This document shows, one piece after another, positions 60,560 to 64,000 of a stretch of DNA of 64,000 nt. The notes under the pieces were generated by a model. That model had not been told where the DNA came from, did not search any database, and saw only the letters and a list, made by a program, of their open reading frames with translations. The translations under genes and the position numbers were made by a program. This DNA is from Octopus vulgaris (taxonomy: Eukaryota), in assembly GCA_951406725.2 (NCBI GenBank), contig OX597834.1:33852001-33916000 (forward strand). The letters are read 5' to 3'. The first letter of the stretch is position 1. Every line of letters begins with the position of its first letter.

Positions 60560-61495
60560 GACGTGTCTTCTTCAAGGAACAAATGAAGAGAATTCTTGCC
60601 AAGAATTGAAACTTGATCGATGAAGATGGAATTTCAAGATTACCTTGATGGTATGTAACTCAAGCTACACTCATCAAGAGCTGTGAGATGAGCTTGATCT
60701 GACATACACCAGACTACTCATCAGGGCTCAAAACAACTGTTGGTGTCAGTACAAGGTCAACAAAATTTGTCTTCTTTAGGGAATGTGTAGAGAGTGTTCT
60801 CCACAGAACTGAAACTTGCATTATAAAGAAGGGACCTCAAAATGAGCTTGATCTGACATACACTAGACTACACATCAGGGCTCAAAACAACTGGTGGTGT
60901 CAGTACAAGGTCAACAAAATTTTCTCTGTGGTCTTGTGCTCAAGCTGTGAGATGTTTTGAGCCCTGACAAGAAGCATGGTGCATGTACCATCTAGGTGAT
61001 CTTGAAGCACCTTTCTCATTGTCCAGGATTCGGCTCGATAGAGAAAAATACCCTCTACACATACCCTGAAGAAGGTGAGCCATTGTTAGCTTTGAGATGT
61101 TTTGTCTTCTTCAGGGTATGTGTAGAGAATGTTGTTCTCTACAGAGCTGAAACCTGCACTACAAAGAACGGACTTCAAGATGAGCTTGATCTTACATACA
61201 CCAGACTACTTATGGGAGCTCAAAACATCTCAAATCCAACAATGGCTCACCTTCTTCAGGGTATGTGTAGAGGGTATTTTTCTCTGTGGAGCTGAATCCT
61301 GGACTATGAGAAAGGTGCTTCAAGATCACCTAGATGGTACATGCACCATGCTTCTTGTCAGGGCTCAAAACATCTCACAGCTTGAGCACAAGATCACAGA
61401 GAAGATTTACGGACACATCTTACCAATCTCTTCTACTATTGTTGCTCAATGCTGGTTAGGCTTTGTGGGTCACTGCTTTTGTGTTGAACACTAGG
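60560..61495 (+). mobile_element. RTE-like LINE 3' fragment with tandem and inverted local duplications
   Basis: FFRVCVEGIFLCGAESWTMRK...LDGTCTMLLVRAQNIS...IYGHILPISS...GFVGHC; several partial copies. Confidence 0.7.
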
Positions 61496-62622
61496 CCATA
61501 TCAGGGGTTATAGTTTTGGGGAATTCTGAACCTTAACACAGTAGGAACATATATCTACATCATCATCATCATTTAACATCCATTTCCCCTGCTGGCATGG
61601 AGCTGTCTAGACTCCAATTGTCTGTTGTGGCAGGGTTTTCTACAGCTGGATGCCCTTCCTAACAGTGTGCTGGGTGGTTTTTATAAGCCACCAGCACAGG
61701 TACATTTATGTAGCACCAGGACAGGTGCTTTTTATGTGGCACTGGCACCTGAAAGGACATGTATGGAAGATAGAGATTTTACTTAGCTTGACACATCTTA
61801 TCAGGAACAGCAAATCACCACATCTCCCAGTCCCTTGCCATTTTCTCAGTGAGGTACAGAATCCAAAGATCCTTTCTCATCACTTCATCCCACATCTTCT
61901 CCTTCCACAGGTACCCTCCACAATTGGAGCTCAGCACTTCTTTAGACAACTGTCCTCATTCACATGCATCACAATTGGCAGATACACATAGTATATAATT
62001 GAGGACCTATCAAAGCTAACGAGTAGAGATTCCTGGCAAACTGTGAAATGCATCTCAGCTGTGCTCACTCGAAGACGATGATCACAATGATGATGATGAT
62101 GATAACAAGGGCAAGTGTTATTGTTCAAAGTAGGGTGACCCCTATCCCATCCCTGCTCCAGCACACTTACAATCACAGCCAACCATGACCATCCAGTCTT
62201 TTTTTTTTACCAAGCTTTGTGTATATTATAAAACTGAACTATCCAATGTCCTTCCATTTTTGAAAGAGTAAGGTGTAAGTTGAGGCATTTTTTTCTTAAT
62301 TGTTTCTAGCATGTCAAGAGATTGCAAAAAAGACTTTTGCTTAAACCTCAATGGCTTAGGATGATGGTTGGTGGTGATGATAATGATGAATTTATGAATC
62401 TATATAAGATGATGTACTTAAAAAAAAAGGAAAACAGGTGGGTATTGGTTGGTATACCTCTGGTTGTGAATCTGTTTAATCAGGAATGAACTGGGGTTAA
62501 TCCTTTAGTATTTCGATTTCTCTGTCAAATGTTATGCTTGTTTATTTACAATGTCTTGAATTAATCATGCATTATCTCGTAGCTTCAAGATTTCAATGAT
62601 TTGATAGTTTATTACAAGAATA

Positions 62623-62827
62623 ACACAAAAGCCGTTCGATTCACTTCAACATTTAAGTTTAATTTGTCAAAATATTTTCAAGTCACTAAAATCATGCGAC
62701 CTGTTCACTGACAAAAATCCGTGCTGCATCTCGGATTTTTGTCAGTGAACAGGTCGCGGATTTTAGTGACGAAAATATTTTGACAAATTAAACTTAAATG
62801 TTGAAGTGAATCGAACGGCTTTTGTGT
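62623..62827. repeat. About 100-bp-arm inverted repeat (Penelope-like inverted terminal repeat) nested in a piggyBac-like MITE
   Basis: acacaaaagccgttcgattcac...aaaaatccg / cggattttt...gtgaatcgaacggcttttgtgt; homologous to about 42995-43155. Confidence 0.85.
62738..62787 (+). ncRNA. Minimal type I hammerhead-like ribozyme, G3-C8 core variant (candidate)
   Basis: Stem I tttgtca/tgacaaa, core GTGAACA, stem II gtcgc/gtgac, GAAA, palindromic AATATT stem III. Confidence 0.55.
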
Positions 62828-63569
62828 GTTTCTTAAATGGCTTACAAACACCTTCCACGCTGCAATTGTTTTCGTTCCAGCACACGATCTCAGATCAAAT
62901 CACTTGCTATGCGAGTACATCTCCGTAATTCTAGAATAACATTGAAGGGTAAGTGTGATAGGCCGGATCTGGCCAGTTTGAAGATAAAACAGGTAGATTC
63001 TTTTGGCTGCATATGACTGGTTTAAATCTAAAAGGTTAAACAACAACAACCAAGGAAGTTGTATATACAGAGTGTGTCTTGTTGCTTAGGTTCAAGTCTG
63101 CTCTGATGGAAAAGGGTGATCTGTGGTCAAATGTGTTCAAAACCTCTTTTTTCAGATTTTATCTTCAGATATGTTTATCTAGGAGTCCACCAGTCAATGT
63201 GTTCTTCCTTTTCTTATTGTGAGAAATGTACTCATACATAATAAAAAAACAAAAAGAAAAAATACACAGGATGGCTGCGGTTGGAATACTTTTGATTGTG
63301 AATCAGCTTAGCCATGGAGAGATTAGCAACAAAGTCATTAATCTTTCCATGATTGCTTGAATCTAATTCAGTAGAACATTTGTGTCAACACAGTCATACA
63401 ATTTCCCGACAATTATGTGACCTTGTTCCAATGTAATTAGCAAATTATTATTTTTATCGTCATTAAGGTGGTAAGATGGTAGGATTGTTGGATCGTCAGA
63501 AAAAATGCTTTGATGTGACCTTGTCCCAACATAATTAACAATATCAGTTTCATTATTTTATCATCGTAA

Positions 63570-63780
63570 GGTGACGAGCTGGCAGAATCGTTAGCACGCC
63601 AGGTGAAATGCTTAGCGGTATTTCATCCATCTTTATGTTGTGAGTTCAAATTCCACCAGGGTTCACTTTACCTTTCAGGGTCAATAAAATAAGTACCAGT
63701 TGAGTACTAGGGTTGATGCGATTGACTTAGCCACTCCCCTGAAATCTCAGCCCTTGTGCCAATAGTAGAAAGGGTTATTT
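63570..63780 (+). mobile_element. tRNA-derived SINE (family C); other copies at about 2470-2880, 8365-8580, 35474-35680, 38790-38920, 42560-42910, 47715-47905
   Basis: gagctggcagaatcgttagc...gagttcaaattcc...gtcgataaaataagtaccag...ggccttgtgccaaaatttgaaacc recurs, often beside (TAA)n. Confidence 0.85.
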
Positions 63781-64000
63781 TATTACCATGATTCTACCAA
63801 TGTTGATTTTTGCCTTTTGTCCTTTGAAGGTTGATAAAATAAATACCAGTTGAGCACTGAGGTCAATGTCATTTAAATAACCCCCCCACACACACACACT
63901 CACACCTGAAATTGCTGGCCTTGTGCCAAAATTTGAAACCATAATTATATTAAAGTGATAAGCTGGCAGATGTTTGCTTTCTCATTGGTTGTGCTTTTTC

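Overview
This window is eukaryotic, AT-rich genomic DNA dense in microsatellites and SINEs. The repeat families look like those of an octopus (coleoid cephalopod), which is an inference. The minus strand carries an internal part of a class III (kinase-myosin, MYO3/NinaC-like) myosin gene. Twenty GT-AG exons from 46740 down to 627 splice in continuous phase (2353 nt) from the end of the kinase domain through the motor domain (P-loop GESGAGKT, switch I NDNSSRFGK, switch II DIFGFE) to the converter. The gene continues beyond both window edges. The main observation is in the 23.6-kb intron that interrupts actin-binding loop 2 (3710-27296). It hides three 9-nt, phase-0 candidate microexons (FEN, YED, YKT), each with a strong acceptor and an identical GTAAGTA donor. 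The introns also contain variant minimal hammerhead-ribozyme motifs (G3-C8 and U3-A8 core swaps) in Penelope-like repeats, several long inverted repeats, tRNA-derived SINEs, MITEs, LINE and transposase fossils, and minisatellites. Most ORFs in the supplied track are microsatellite artefacts.
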